IMG/VR virus record: IMGVR_UViG_2541047814_000001
DNA from: a virus
Lineage: Duplodnaviria > Heunggongvirae > Uroviricota > Caudoviricetes
Length of the DNA: 50,937 nt
Strand: one strand, 5' to 3'
This document shows, piece by piece, positions 41,125-49,829 of this stretch. The position numbers and the translations under genes were made by a program. The notes below the pieces were generated by a model, which was not told the DNA's origin, searched no databases, and saw only the letters and a list, made by a program, of their open reading frames with translations. The first letter of the stretch is position 1; each line of letters starts with the position of its first letter.

Positions 41125-41895
41125 TCACTTTTCCGATACAACACGGCGGGAAGAATCAGTAATCTGTCGAACAATATCCCGGTGCTTGTTCAGCTCCCGC
41201 AGCGCGGCGCAGACTCGCTCCCACTTCTGAACATCACTTTTCGCCCTGCGCAGCGCCAGGTTTGCCCTGCGAAGGGACGGAAAAATCAGCTCATCTGCTT
41301 GCGTTTCGGTAAACGATGGCAACGGCTGCACAATGTCCGCCACAGTTTCTGTTTTAATTTCTTCCTGTGTTGCGGCTTCCCGGACTGGTAACGCAGCACC
41401 TGCTGGCTGAGGAAAGGCCTTACCATCACTTTCCGTTACCAGCGCGGCTTTCGGCTCTGCTGGTAAATTATCGCCCGGCATGCAGTAACGAAATTTACCG
41501 TTCTGATTAACGCGTGCCAGCCGCCCCGTTGCGGTTACCACCGCCAGCGTGGAAGCAACCTTGCGAGTACTGACACCGAACTTACCCGCCAGTTCCTCAC
41601 ACGTTTTAGCCCCATCCTGACCGATAAACTCAATCATCATGTCTGCGGTAACTTTTTGTTCGACCTCCCCGGTCAGCATATCCTGTGCTTCAGATTTTAC
41701 TGGCCGCTCTTCGGTTACCCGGGATTCACCTTCGCCAGCCAGAAACCAGGTGTGACCAGTTTTATCAACGACGCCTTTTCTTTTGAGTTCCCACAGCTCG
41801 TTGACAGCCTCTTCACGACTGATTCCAAGGCGAGCTGCCACCACATGTGAAGAGGCTTTTTTCAGTGCTTTCAGTGCGTCAGATACGGTTTCCAT
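41125..41895 (-). CDS. Hypothetical protein with two winged-helix-like segments (256 aa)
   Basis: HTH-like VAARLGISREEAVNELWELKRKGVV and AGKFGVSTRKVASTLAVVTATGRLARV; downstream of the DnaC-like gene. Confidence 0.45.
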   Translation of the reverse strand: METVSDALKALKKASSHVVAARLGISREEAVNELWELKRKGVVDKTGHTWFLAGEGESRVTEERPVKSEAQDMLTGEVEQKVTADMMIEFIGQDGAKTCEELAGKFGVSTRKVASTLAVVTATGRLARVNQNGKFRYCMPGDNLPAEPKAALVTESDGKAFPQPAGAALPVREAATQEEIKTETVADIVQPLPSFTETQADELIFPSLRRANLALRRAKSDVQKWERVCAALRELNKHRDIVRQITDSSRRVVSEK

Positions 41896-41916
41896 TAAAA
41901 TTTCCTCCGGACAAAA

Positions 41917-42663
41917 TTACTTCACAACCCTCATATTGCTGACATTTGGACGCCAGCTATCCCAGTTAAACGTCACCCATCGACCACCGTTCATGGTCAT
42001 GCGGTCCATAATCCTCTCACCAAGAAGCGTACTCATTGCGGCATGATTCAGGTTTGTTAACATCCCGACACTGCACAGTGATGCTGTCCGGCGATCAATT
42101 ATCTGGTGCAATACCACCTGCTCGTTTTTCGTCTCCCGCTGAACGCCTATTTCATCCAGGACCAGCAAATCAACCCCGCAAAGCTCCTGTAAAAATTTTT
42201 CCCCGGATTTGCCGTTGTCGTAGCTGTCATGCAACACGCTCATGACGTCAGACACGGTGACGATAATCACGCTGCGCCCCTTCACCATCAGCCGGTTGCC
42301 CATCGCCGCTGCAAGGTGATTTTTCCCGGTGCCGGTTTTACCGCTGAACACAAAATTCGTGCACCCGGTCATCAGTTCGTCAGCTATGGATTTGGCCTGG
42401 CTCAGCGCGTATTTTTGCCCGTCGTTCTGCACCTGATAATTTGCAAACGAGCATTTGCTGTGCAGAGGCTGGATGCCCGAACGATTCAGGATTTTTTCCA
42501 CCCGCAACTGGCGATTCTGGCGGTTAATCTCCTCGCTGCGTTTTCGTCCTTCAGCAAGTTGCCATTCCCGCCACTCCTCCACCGTCCGGTACGGTGGAAC
42601 CGACCCCTGTGGTGCAAGTCTGCGAATACGTTCAAGAACCCCAACTGCCGCAATGTTTTTCAT
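41917..42663 (-). CDS. DnaC-like helicase loader (AAA+ ATPase, YdaV-like, 248 aa)
   Basis: Walker A SGKTGTGKNHLAAA and Walker B LLVLDEIG; same length as Rac YdaV. Confidence 0.8.
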   Translation of the reverse strand: MKNIAAVGVLERIRRLAPQGSVPPYRTVEEWREWQLAEGRKRSEEINRQNRQLRVEKILNRSGIQPLHSKCSFANYQVQNDGQKYALSQAKSIADELMTGCTNFVFSGKTGTGKNHLAAAMGNRLMVKGRSVIIVTVSDVMSVLHDSYDNGKSGEKFLQELCGVDLLVLDEIGVQRETKNEQVVLHQIIDRRTASLCSVGMLTNLNHAAMSTLLGERIMDRMTMNGGRWVTFNWDSWRPNVSNMRVVK

Positions 42664-42669
42664 GACACG

Positions 42670-43617
42670 TCACCCCCTGAATCCCGGCGGTATTTCAGTG
42701 TCCGGTTCAGAAATGTGATTCACGCAACGCTGCGCAGGCGAACGCCCCAGGCGGATAACCAGTTCATCCCATTTTTCCCGGAGTTTTGCCGGACTCATGA
42801 TGTTTTTTACCCAGAACGAATCCCGCTGGAGACGCCCAAACATTTCACAAATTTGTCTGTGAGTTCTGCCATCCAGCATCCGCATTGTGCGAACGTCATT
42901 GGCCCATGCTGTCCAGTTGGGTTCTTTCGGTCTAGTGATCTCGCCATCATAGCTGGCCGCCTGCTCGTAAAGACTCACGATTCGTCCCCAGATCCACTGT
43001 GCGCACACCAAATCTTCCTGACTTCCCCACTGGCGTTTTTTCGCACTGAACACAACCGCGTCAGGGTGTCGGGTTAAAAAATCCTGTTCAGCCGTCTGCG
43101 GGTCCGGTTGCGAAGCGTCCGGACAAGAAGATCTTTTATCTGACGGATCAGGTTTTAATACTGACGGATCGGGGTCAATCATCGCCCCCCTAATCGGCAG
43201 TTTTTTATCAACAGTTGATCCATCAAAATTTGACGGGTCAACCGTTGAGGGGTCATTTTTTGCCGGGCTAATTTTTCTTTTCGGTTTATATGACTCACGC
43301 GCCGCCGCCGCAGCTGCTTCGAGTTTTTCCACATTAAGCCGATAGATATTGCTTACATTACGCCCACCGACCTTACGCTCTTCCTTCGTCAGCCAGCCCT
43401 CTTTCGCCAGTTCTGCAATAGCCGATTTCACTGTGGATTCACTTCTTGCACCGATCTGACGCCGGATAGTTTCAATGGCAGGCCATGACACGCCCTCGTC
43501 ATTGCTGTAGTCTGCAAGACGGGCCATAACCGCCACCCTGGATAAGATCATGCCGGTGAAGGCGCACCCTTCCCAGACAAGACCATGAAGCTTGCTGCTC
43601 ATAAAACCCCCGAACAC
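42670..43617 (-). CDS. Replication initiation/organiser protein, YdaU-like (DUF1376-like, 315 aa)
   Basis: N-terminal wHTH, internal Pro/Asp-rich repeats (DPSTVDPSNFDGSTVD), position upstream of the DnaC-like loader. Confidence 0.55.
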   Translation of the reverse strand: MFGGFMSSKLHGLVWEGCAFTGMILSRVAVMARLADYSNDEGVSWPAIETIRRQIGARSESTVKSAIAELAKEGWLTKEERKVGGRNVSNIYRLNVEKLEAAAAAARESYKPKRKISPAKNDPSTVDPSNFDGSTVDKKLPIRGAMIDPDPSVLKPDPSDKRSSCPDASQPDPQTAEQDFLTRHPDAVVFSAKKRQWGSQEDLVCAQWIWGRIVSLYEQAASYDGEITRPKEPNWTAWANDVRTMRMLDGRTHRQICEMFGRLQRDSFWVKNIMSPAKLREKWDELVIRLGRSPAQRCVNHISEPDTEIPPGFRG

Positions 43618-43624
43618 CGTGCTT

Positions 43625-44050
43625 TTAGTGCATCACCACAGCATTCCCTGCCGGGCCGCCGCGATTCATCTGGTCATACAAAACAACCGCTGACGCAACA
43701 AAATCATCGACATCCTTCACCAGCCGATCCCTCCGTTCGACGATCTCACGGTAATATTCAGAACTGTGGCTGCGCATACGGGCCACCAGCAAAGGCGGCA
43801 TCGCCTTTTCGATCGCCGGTAACAGAGCCTGCATTTTTTCAACAGCATCAGGGGTGTCTTTATCCAGCCAACGGAAAATTTTCTGGGTATTACGGGCCAG
43901 GGCTTCCGGATGGCTGTCGTCGTACAGTTCAGGGAACGTCATCCCCAGTTCGAAATAAGTCCGGGCTATTTCAGCTGCAGGAACTTTCTCACCATCAGGG
44001 TATGCCCAGGCATTCATCGCCATGCGGATGTGCTCATGTTTGATTTTCAT
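43625..44050 (-). CDS. YdaT-like protein (CII-position analogue, 141 aa)
   Basis: Size and position directly after the Cro-like gene as ydaT in Rac. Confidence 0.5.
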   Translation of the reverse strand: MKIKHEHIRMAMNAWAYPDGEKVPAAEIARTYFELGMTFPELYDDSHPEALARNTQKIFRWLDKDTPDAVEKMQALLPAIEKAMPPLLVARMRSHSSEYYREIVERRDRLVKDVDDFVASAVVLYDQMNRGGPAGNAVVMH

Positions 44051-44357
44051 GAATCATTTGCCTCTTGATGCTTCGGGTATGATCGTTTTCGTCATTTGGT
44101 TGCTTCATCGACATATTCTGCGAATAACATGACGAGCGTCGTAAGTATGTCCAATCAACATCAGGACGAAGTTCTTCACACAGGACACCACCTTTTGTTG
44201 CTCGTTCAATCGCAGGACATCTCTCAGCAGGTAACTGACGTACACCTTTGATCCATTGATTTACGCTTGGAGGAGATACACCTAAAAGCCTAGCCATTGC
44301 TGATTGCCCACCGACAACAGCACAAGCTCGTTTGAATGAATAGTTATCTTTTTTCAT
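44034..44357 (-). CDS. Cro-like HTH regulator, YdaS-like (107 aa from MKKDNY...)
   Basis: HTH ACAVVGGQSAMARLLGVSPPSVNQWIKG; GGAG RBS 8 nt upstream of ATG at 44355-44357 (listed ORF starts at an upstream GTG); divergent from the repressor. Confidence 0.7.
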   Translation of the reverse strand: MKKDNYSFKRACAVVGGQSAMARLLGVSPPSVNQWIKGVRQLPAERCPAIERATKGGVLCEELRPDVDWTYLRRSSCYSQNMSMKQPNDENDHTRSIKRQMIHENQT

Positions 44358-44386
44358 CGAATGAACTCCAAAAAACACGCAACAAT

Positions 44387-44427
44387 ATTAGGCTTAGCCT
44401 AATGAAATTGTCAATAGGCTATGCCTA
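44387..44427. promoter_or_regulatory. Operator cluster (OR-like): palindromes ATTAGGC-TTA-GCCTAAT and TAGGC-TAT-GCCTA between divergent repressor and cro-like genes
   Basis: Perfect 17-bp palindrome at 44387-44403 and a second at 44415-44427. Confidence 0.5.
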
Positions 44428-44481
44428 ATACATCGAGAGTAGGGATTGCCTAACGCGATGCGCATAGGAGACTATTAAGCA

Positions 44482-44958
44482 ATGCTTAGTGGTAAAGACT
44501 TAGGCCGAGCGATAGAGCAGGCCATTAACAAAAAAATTGCATCAGGAGCCGTCAAATCAAAGGCGGAAATCGCACGTCATTTCAAAGTCCAACCACCATC
44601 AATCCATGACTGGATTAAGAAAGGTTCGATAAGTAAAGACAAACTTCCAGAACTATGGCGTTTCTTTTCTGATGTGGTTGGTCCAGAGCATTGGGGGCTT
44701 AACGAATACCCCATACCAACCCCATCCACTTCAGATACAAAAAGTGAACTTTTAGACATAAACAGCCTTTATCAAGCCGCCTCTGATGAAAAAAAAGCAA
44801 TTGTGGCTTTCATCTTATCTGGAAATGCTACGGAGCCTAGTTGGGTTGATTATGACGTTCGCGCCTACATTGCCGCAATGGAAATGAAGGTAGCTAACTA
44901 TCTGAAAAATCAAGAATCAAAACGGAAAAGCCAGAACATCACCAAGACAGGAACTTAA
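44482..44958 (+). CDS. Prophage repressor, RacR-like HTH protein (158 aa; no S24 peptidase domain seen)
   Basis: HTH KAEIARHFKVQPPSIHDWIKKGSI; divergent from cro-like gene; flanked by operator palindromes; same length as Rac RacR. Confidence 0.6.
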   Translation: MLSGKDLGRAIEQAINKKIASGAVKSKAEIARHFKVQPPSIHDWIKKGSISKDKLPELWRFFSDVVGPEHWGLNEYPIPTPSTSDTKSELLDINSLYQAASDEKKAIVAFILSGNATEPSWVDYDVRAYIAAMEMKVANYLKNQESKRKSQNITKTGT

Positions 44959-45053
44959 ACTTATATGGTCCGACGGGAAATTCCTAGTTCCCGTTAGTTA
45001 ACTCCTACTACCTCTCCCACAAACCATCACCTATTAGGTTGCGCCCAAATTAT

Positions 45054-45095
45054 TAGGCATAGCCTATTGACAAGTAATTAGGCATTTCCTATAGT
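45054..45095 (+). promoter_or_regulatory. PL-like early-left promoter (TTGACA - 17 nt - TATAGT) overlapped by TAGGC...GCCTA operator sites
   Basis: -35 at 45067-45072, -10 at 45090-45095; palindrome TAGGC-ATA-GCCTA at 45054-45066 and imperfect TAGGCATTTCCTA in the spacer. Confidence 0.5.
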
Positions 45096-45276
45096 TTTCC
45101 CATACCAACCCATCCCGTCCCACACAATACAGGGCAATACCTCGAGTTACCAGGCAGTGGTCAGGGGTTAAGTAGCCAGCCCGAGGCGTAAGAACATGAC
45201 GGCAGGGTTCAACTTTAATAACTATGCAGCAGGTTTTTGTTCCGCTACCCCGGCGTTAAGGGGAAATGAGGTCAGC

Positions 45277-45429
45277 ATGGATACTATCGAGCTTGGCAAC
45301 AACGAATCTCTGGTATGCGGCGTGTTTCCCAACCAGGACGGCACGTTTACCGCGATGACATATACCAGAAGCAAAACGTTTAAAACTGAAGCTGGCGCGC
45401 GTCGCTGGTTAACCAGAAACACTGACTGA
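45277..45429 (+). CDS. Small protein, YdfA-like by position (50 aa from MDTIEL...)
   Basis: GAGG RBS 5 nt upstream of internal ATG; first gene after the PL-like promoter. Confidence 0.45.
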   Translation: MDTIELGNNESLVCGVFPNQDGTFTAMTYTRSKTFKTEAGARRWLTRNTD

Positions 45430-45440
45430 TGAGGTTGACG

Positions 45441-45761
45441 ATGGAATTTAAAGATTTACCAGTACCATTCCAGGAAATGGCATCGAATGTGGTTCGCTCT
45501 CAACTGGCGACTCTTGACCTGAGTACCGTAGAAAAAGAAACCATCGACAATATATCCGGTAACGTACGCCGAGCCTTTATCGGGCTGTACGAAGAGAAGC
45601 AGCTCTCTGATAACCAGGATTTACATGAAAAATACTTCCTGGATCTAATGGACATCATTGATAAGGGGTTTGGCTTGTTAATGAAAAAGAAAGGGATTCG
45701 AATAGAACCCCTTGAAAATTACTTTGCAACAAAAAGCATTAATTCTTTTGATTCAAAATAA
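45441..45761 (+). CDS. Hypothetical protein (106 aa), YdfB/YdfC-position gene
   Basis: GAGG RBS upstream of ATG (MEFKDL...); hydrophilic; upstream of the dicF region. Confidence 0.4.
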   Translation: MEFKDLPVPFQEMASNVVRSQLATLDLSTVEKETIDNISGNVRRAFIGLYEEKQLSDNQDLHEKYFLDLMDIIDKGFGLLMKKKGIRIEPLENYFATKSINSFDSK

Positions 45762-46014
45762 GAGAATTAATTACAGACTTAACATGCTCTTTCTCATGAT
45801 TGAAGCTCTCATGATTGAAAGTGCCGGGTTGAAGCGAGTCGATATAATCAACAAGACTCTGTCGTACGACTTCATTTTTATCCATAACAGATGCAAGAAA
45901 TGAAATTGCTAAAAGAGTTATATCACTACGCGCCGCAGCATGTTGCAATGCTTTATCAAAATTATTAATCTGGCGTATCAGGGAGTTAATGATTTCATCA
46001 TTTTCAGTCGACAT
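45739..46014 (-). CDS. Hypothetical protein (91 aa) antisense to the early-left transcript
   Basis: Strong RBS AGGAGG-gtgaa-ATG; complex composition; 3' end overlaps the convergent plus-strand gene by 23 bp. Confidence 0.35.
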   Translation of the reverse strand: MSTENDEIINSLIRQINNFDKALQHAAARSDITLLAISFLASVMDKNEVVRQSLVDYIDSLQPGTFNHESFNHEKEHVKSVINSLILNQKN

Positions 46015-46348
46015 TTCACCCTCCTGAGGGTTGGTGATTAAGGAGTTCTCCACGGGTGAGGTGGAGTGCGTGCGCCGGACACGGGTGAGCATCCGGCACT
46101 GACAGTTTACTGAAAGGATATTTCCCTGAAAAGTCAGACCATAACGCGAAAGCGCCCGGCGAGGTAGCTGGTTCATAGATAGCCTGTCGTTAAATTTTCG
46201 TCGACCGTGCGTTTCCGGTTGTGGCAATCCGCGAAATGGCGCGGCGGTAAGTATGGCGGGGTTATTCCTTCCCCGTTGAGGACACCGAGTTGTCAGGTTG
46301 ACCATACGCTTAAGTGACAACCCCGCTGCAACGCCCTCTGTTATCAAT

Positions 46349-46406
46349 TTTCTGGTGACGTTTGGCGGTATCAGTTTTACTCCGTGACTGCTCTGCCGCC
46401 CTTTTT
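46349..46406 (+). ncRNA. dicF: DicF sRNA (53 nt plus T-tract terminator)
   Basis: TTTCTGGTGACGTTTGGCGGTATCAGTTTTACTCCGTGACTGCTCTGCCGCCC followed by TTTTT matches the DicF sequence as I recall it; lies upstream of dicB as in Qin. Confidence 0.65.
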
Positions 46407-46575
46407 AAAGTGAATTTTGTGATGTGGTGAATGCGGCTGAGCGCACGCGGAACAGTTAAAACCAAAAACAGTGTTATGGGTGGATTCTCTGTATCCGGCG
46501 TTAATTGTTAACTGGTTAACGTCACCTGGAGGCACCAGGCACCGCATCACAAAATTCATTGTTGAGGACGCGATA

Positions 46576-46764
46576 ATGGAAACGTTATTACCAAACATTA
46601 ATACGTCTGAAGGTTGTTTTGAAATTGGTGTCACTATCAGTAACCCTGTATTTACTGAAGATGCCATTAACAAGAGAAAACACGAACGGGAGCTATTAAA
46701 TAAAATATGCATTCTTTCAATGCTGGCCCGTTTACGTCCGATACAAAAAGGATGCTGGCAATGA
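46576..46764 (+). CDS. dicB: Cell-division inhibitor DicB (62 aa)
   Basis: METLLPNINTSEGCFEIGVTISNPVFTEDAINKRKHERELLNKICILSMLARLRPIQKGCWQ; 62 aa; GAGGA RBS; downstream of dicF. Confidence 0.75.
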   Translation: METLLPNINTSEGCFEIGVTISNPVFTEDAINKRKHERELLNKICILSMLARLRPIQKGCWQ

Positions 46765-46952
46765 ATACAGCATTTGCACTTGTTCTGACAGTTTTTCTTG
46801 TTTCCGGAGAGCCAGTTGATATTGCAGTCAGTGTTCACAGGACAATGCAGGAGTGTGTGACTGCAGCAACCGAACAGAAAATTCCCGGTAACTGTTACCC
46901 GGTCGATAAAGTTATTCACCAGGATAATAACGAAATCCCGGCAGGTCTTTAA
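46761..46952 (+). CDS. ydfD: YdfD-like small protein with N-terminal hydrophobic segment (63 aa)
   Basis: ATGA overlap with dicB stop; MNTAFALVLTVFLVSGEP signal/TM-like; size equals Qin YdfD. Confidence 0.6.
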   Translation: MNTAFALVLTVFLVSGEPVDIAVSVHRTMQECVTAATEQKIPGNCYPVDKVIHQDNNEIPAGL

Positions 46953-47044
46953 AACAGTTCCGTAATAAATATCCGGTTTCATTCTTATATGCCAGCAATG
47001 GCAGGGATTTGTTCACCCTTAAATCTGTAATGAGGTAAAACAAA

Positions 47045-49516
47045 ATGAGTAAAGTCTTTATTTGCGCCGCCATTCCGGACGAACAGGCAATAAAGGAAGA
47101 AGGTGCCGTCGCTGTAGCCACTGCCATTGAAGCCGGTGATGAACGTCGCGCCCGCGCAAAATTTCACTGGCAATTCCTGGAACATTATCCGGCTGCTCAG
47201 GACTGCGCTTATAAATTTCTTGTCTGCGAGGATAAACCCGGTATACCCCGCCCTGCCCTCGATTCCTGGGATGCTGAATATATGCAGGAAAACCGCTGGG
47301 ATGAGGAGTCTGCTTCCTTTGTCCCGGTTGAGACTGAATCAGATCCGATGAACGTCACTTTTGACAAGCTGGCCCCTGAAGTACAGAACGCTGTCATGGT
47401 TAAGTTCGACACATGTGAAAACATCACCGTTGATATGGTTATTAGCGCACAGGAATTGTTGCAGGAAGACATGGCAACATTCGACGGACATATCGTTGAA
47501 GCGTTGATGAAAATGCCAGAAGTTAACGCCATGTATCCGGAGCTTAAGCTGCATGCCATCGGGTGGGTTAAGCATAAATGTAAGCCTGGTGCCAAATGGC
47601 CCGAAATTCAGGCAGAGATGCGCATCTGGAAAAAACGTCGCGAAGGTGAACGCAAGGAAACCGGAAAATACACGTCTGTTGTTGATCTCGCCCGCGCCAG
47701 AACCAATCAACAGCACAGTGAAAATTCAACAGGAAAAATCAGCCCGGTCATTGCTGCCATTCATCGCGAATACAAGCAGACATGGAAAACACTGGATGAC
47801 GAACTGGCCTACGCTCTCTGGCCTGGTGATGTGGATGCCGGAAACATTGACGGCAGCATCCATCGCTGGGCAAAAAATGAAGTTATCGACAACGACCGCG
47901 AAGACTGGAAGCGTATCTCGGCATCAATGCGCAAACAGCCTGATGCCCTTCGCTACGACCGCCAGACTATTTTTGGCCTTGTCCGTGAACGTCCGATCGA
48001 CATTCACAAAGACCCTGTGGCACTGAACAAATACATTACTGAATACCTGACTACAAAGGGCGTGTTTGAAGATGAAGGAAGAAATCAGAGCGCAACTGAT
48101 ACTCTCTCGTCGCCAGTACCAGAAACTGATGCAGTGGAAACGGCAATTCCGGGCAACGAAAAAACCGAATGCAAAGTGGAAGTCGAACCATCTGTAGAGC
48201 GTGAGGGGCCGTTCTACTTCCTCTTCACCGACAAGGATGGCGAAAAATACGGTCGCGCAAACAAACTTTCTGGTCTGGAAAAAGCACTAGCCTTGGGAGC
48301 TACGGAAATCACAAAAGAGGAATACTTCGCACGTAAAAACGGCACGTACTCAGGTTCACAACAAAATACTGGTGCATCTGACACGACCGCACAACCAGAG
48401 CCGGTAAAAGTTACCGCTGACGAAGTAAACAAAATTATGCAGGCAGCCAATATCAGCCAGCCTGACGCCGATAAGTTGCTTGCTGCCTCTCGCGGAGAAT
48501 TTGTTGCAGGGATTAGCGACCCGAATGATCCGAAATGGGTAAAGGGGATTGAAACCCGCGATTCTGTAAACCAGAACCAGCAAGAATCGGAACAGAACGA
48601 CCAGAAAGCGGAACAAAACAGCCCAAATACGCAACAAAACGAGCCAGAAACGAAACAACCTGAGCCAGTAGCGCAACAGGAACCGGAAAAAGTCTGCACC
48701 GCCTGCGGTCAAAGCGGTGGCGGCAACTGCCCTGATTGTGGCGCGGTGATGGGTGACGCAACATACCAGGAAACATTCGATGAAGAGAATCAGGTTGAAG
48801 TTCAGGAAAATGATCCGAAGGAAATGGAAGGCGCTGAACATCCACACAAGGAGAATGCTGGTAGCGCTCAGGATCACGCCAGCGATAGTGAAACTGGCGA
48901 GACGGCAGATCCCTTAATTGCGATGAACGGTCATCACGTTATCACATCCACCAGCAGGACGTGTGACCATCTAATGATCGACCTTGAAACCATGGGAAAA
49001 AATCCTGATGCCCCGATTATCTCAATAGGTGCAATATTTTTCGATCCGCAAACCGGAGATATGGGACCGGAATTTAGTAAGACTATCGATCTGGAAACTG
49101 CTGGCGGAGTCATTGATCGTGACGTCATTAAAAGGTGGCTGAAGCAATCACGTGAAGCGCAGTCTGCCATTATGACCGATGAAATCCCGTTAGATGATGC
49201 ACTGTTACAATTGCGGGAATTTATCGACGAAAACTCCGGTGAATTTTTTGTTCAGGTCTGGGGAAATGGAGCCAACTTCGACAACACGATTTTGCGCCGT
49301 TCATACGAACGGCAGGGGATCCCCTGCCCGTGGCGTTACTACAACGATCGCGATGTACGCACAATCGTTGAGCTGGGGAAAGCCATAGACTTCGATGCCA
49401 GAACGGCTATTCCATTCGAAGGTGAGCGCCATAATGCACTTGATGACGCCCGTTACCAGGCAAAATACATTTCAGTTATCTGGCAAAAACTGATCCCGAA
49501 TCAGGCTGATTTTTAA
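47045..49516 (+). CDS. Large exonuclease-like protein with C-terminal DnaQ-like DEDDh 3'-5' exonuclease domain (823 aa)
   Basis: Exo motifs MIDLETMG, VWGNGANFDNTIL, HNALDDARY in the C-terminal ~190 aa; Cys cluster CTACGQSGGGNCPDCG; Gln/Glu/Asn-rich linker. Confidence 0.75.
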   Translation: MSKVFICAAIPDEQAIKEEGAVAVATAIEAGDERRARAKFHWQFLEHYPAAQDCAYKFLVCEDKPGIPRPALDSWDAEYMQENRWDEESASFVPVETESDPMNVTFDKLAPEVQNAVMVKFDTCENITVDMVISAQELLQEDMATFDGHIVEALMKMPEVNAMYPELKLHAIGWVKHKCKPGAKWPEIQAEMRIWKKRREGERKETGKYTSVVDLARARTNQQHSENSTGKISPVIAAIHREYKQTWKTLDDELAYALWPGDVDAGNIDGSIHRWAKNEVIDNDREDWKRISASMRKQPDALRYDRQTIFGLVRERPIDIHKDPVALNKYITEYLTTKGVFEDEGRNQSATDTLSSPVPETDAVETAIPGNEKTECKVEVEPSVEREGPFYFLFTDKDGEKYGRANKLSGLEKALALGATEITKEEYFARKNGTYSGSQQNTGASDTTAQPEPVKVTADEVNKIMQAANISQPDADKLLAASRGEFVAGISDPNDPKWVKGIETRDSVNQNQQESEQNDQKAEQNSPNTQQNEPETKQPEPVAQQEPEKVCTACGQSGGGNCPDCGAVMGDATYQETFDEENQVEVQENDPKEMEGAEHPHKENAGSAQDHASDSETGETADPLIAMNGHHVITSTSRTCDHLMIDLETMGKNPDAPIISIGAIFFDPQTGDMGPEFSKTIDLETAGGVIDRDVIKRWLKQSREAQSAIMTDEIPLDDALLQLREFIDENSGEFFVQVWGNGANFDNTILRRSYERQGIPCPWRYYNDRDVRTIVELGKAIDFDARTAIPFEGERHNALDDARYQAKYISVIWQKLIPNQADF

Positions 49517-49580
49517 TGTTCAACCCCGGTCGTTGCCCACCAGCTATAGTGGCGGCGACCATGATTAGCGAACGACGCTC

Positions 49581-49829
49581 ATGGCAAGACTTATTCTGCT
49601 CACTGAGTGGGCAAAAGAGGAATTCAGTGAACCGGTCCCTACTCCGAGTACGTTAAGTAAATACGCTAAAGCCGGAATGATATTTCCTCTCCCCAAAAAA
49701 GTTGGAAGACGCTGGCGAGTGGATCCGCAAGCTCGCTTTGTCGGAATGGTAAACAAGCCGGAGGTGATCGCCACAGATCACCCTGCTTTGAAGAGGATAC
49801 TGGAAGATGGCGCGCCCGCGAAAATATAA
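49581..49829 (+). CDS. xis: Excisionase-like protein (82 aa)
   Basis: Small basic protein immediately upstream of and overlapping int; IFPLPKKVGRRWRVD resembles Xis winged helix. Confidence 0.55.
   Translation: MARLILLTEWAKEEFSEPVPTPSTLSKYAKAGMIFPLPKKVGRRWRVDPQARFVGMVNKPEVIATDHPALKRILEDGAPAKI

Noticed and set aside
45739-46347. Full 202-aa version of the minus-strand ORF
   Set aside because: The N-terminal 111 codons are Arg-rich, low complexity and coincide with the GC-rich DicF precursor region on the other strand; the strong AGGAGG RBS sits at the internal ATG (46014), so only the 91-aa version is kept as a candidate.
46020-46348. Independent structured ncRNA (retron msr/msd, riboswitch or type III antitoxin repeats) in the GC-rich block upstream of dicF
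   Set aside because: No reverse transcriptase or toxin gene is adjacent and no regular tandem repeats were found; once DicF was recognised at 46349-46401, the block is most simply the dicF precursor/processing region.
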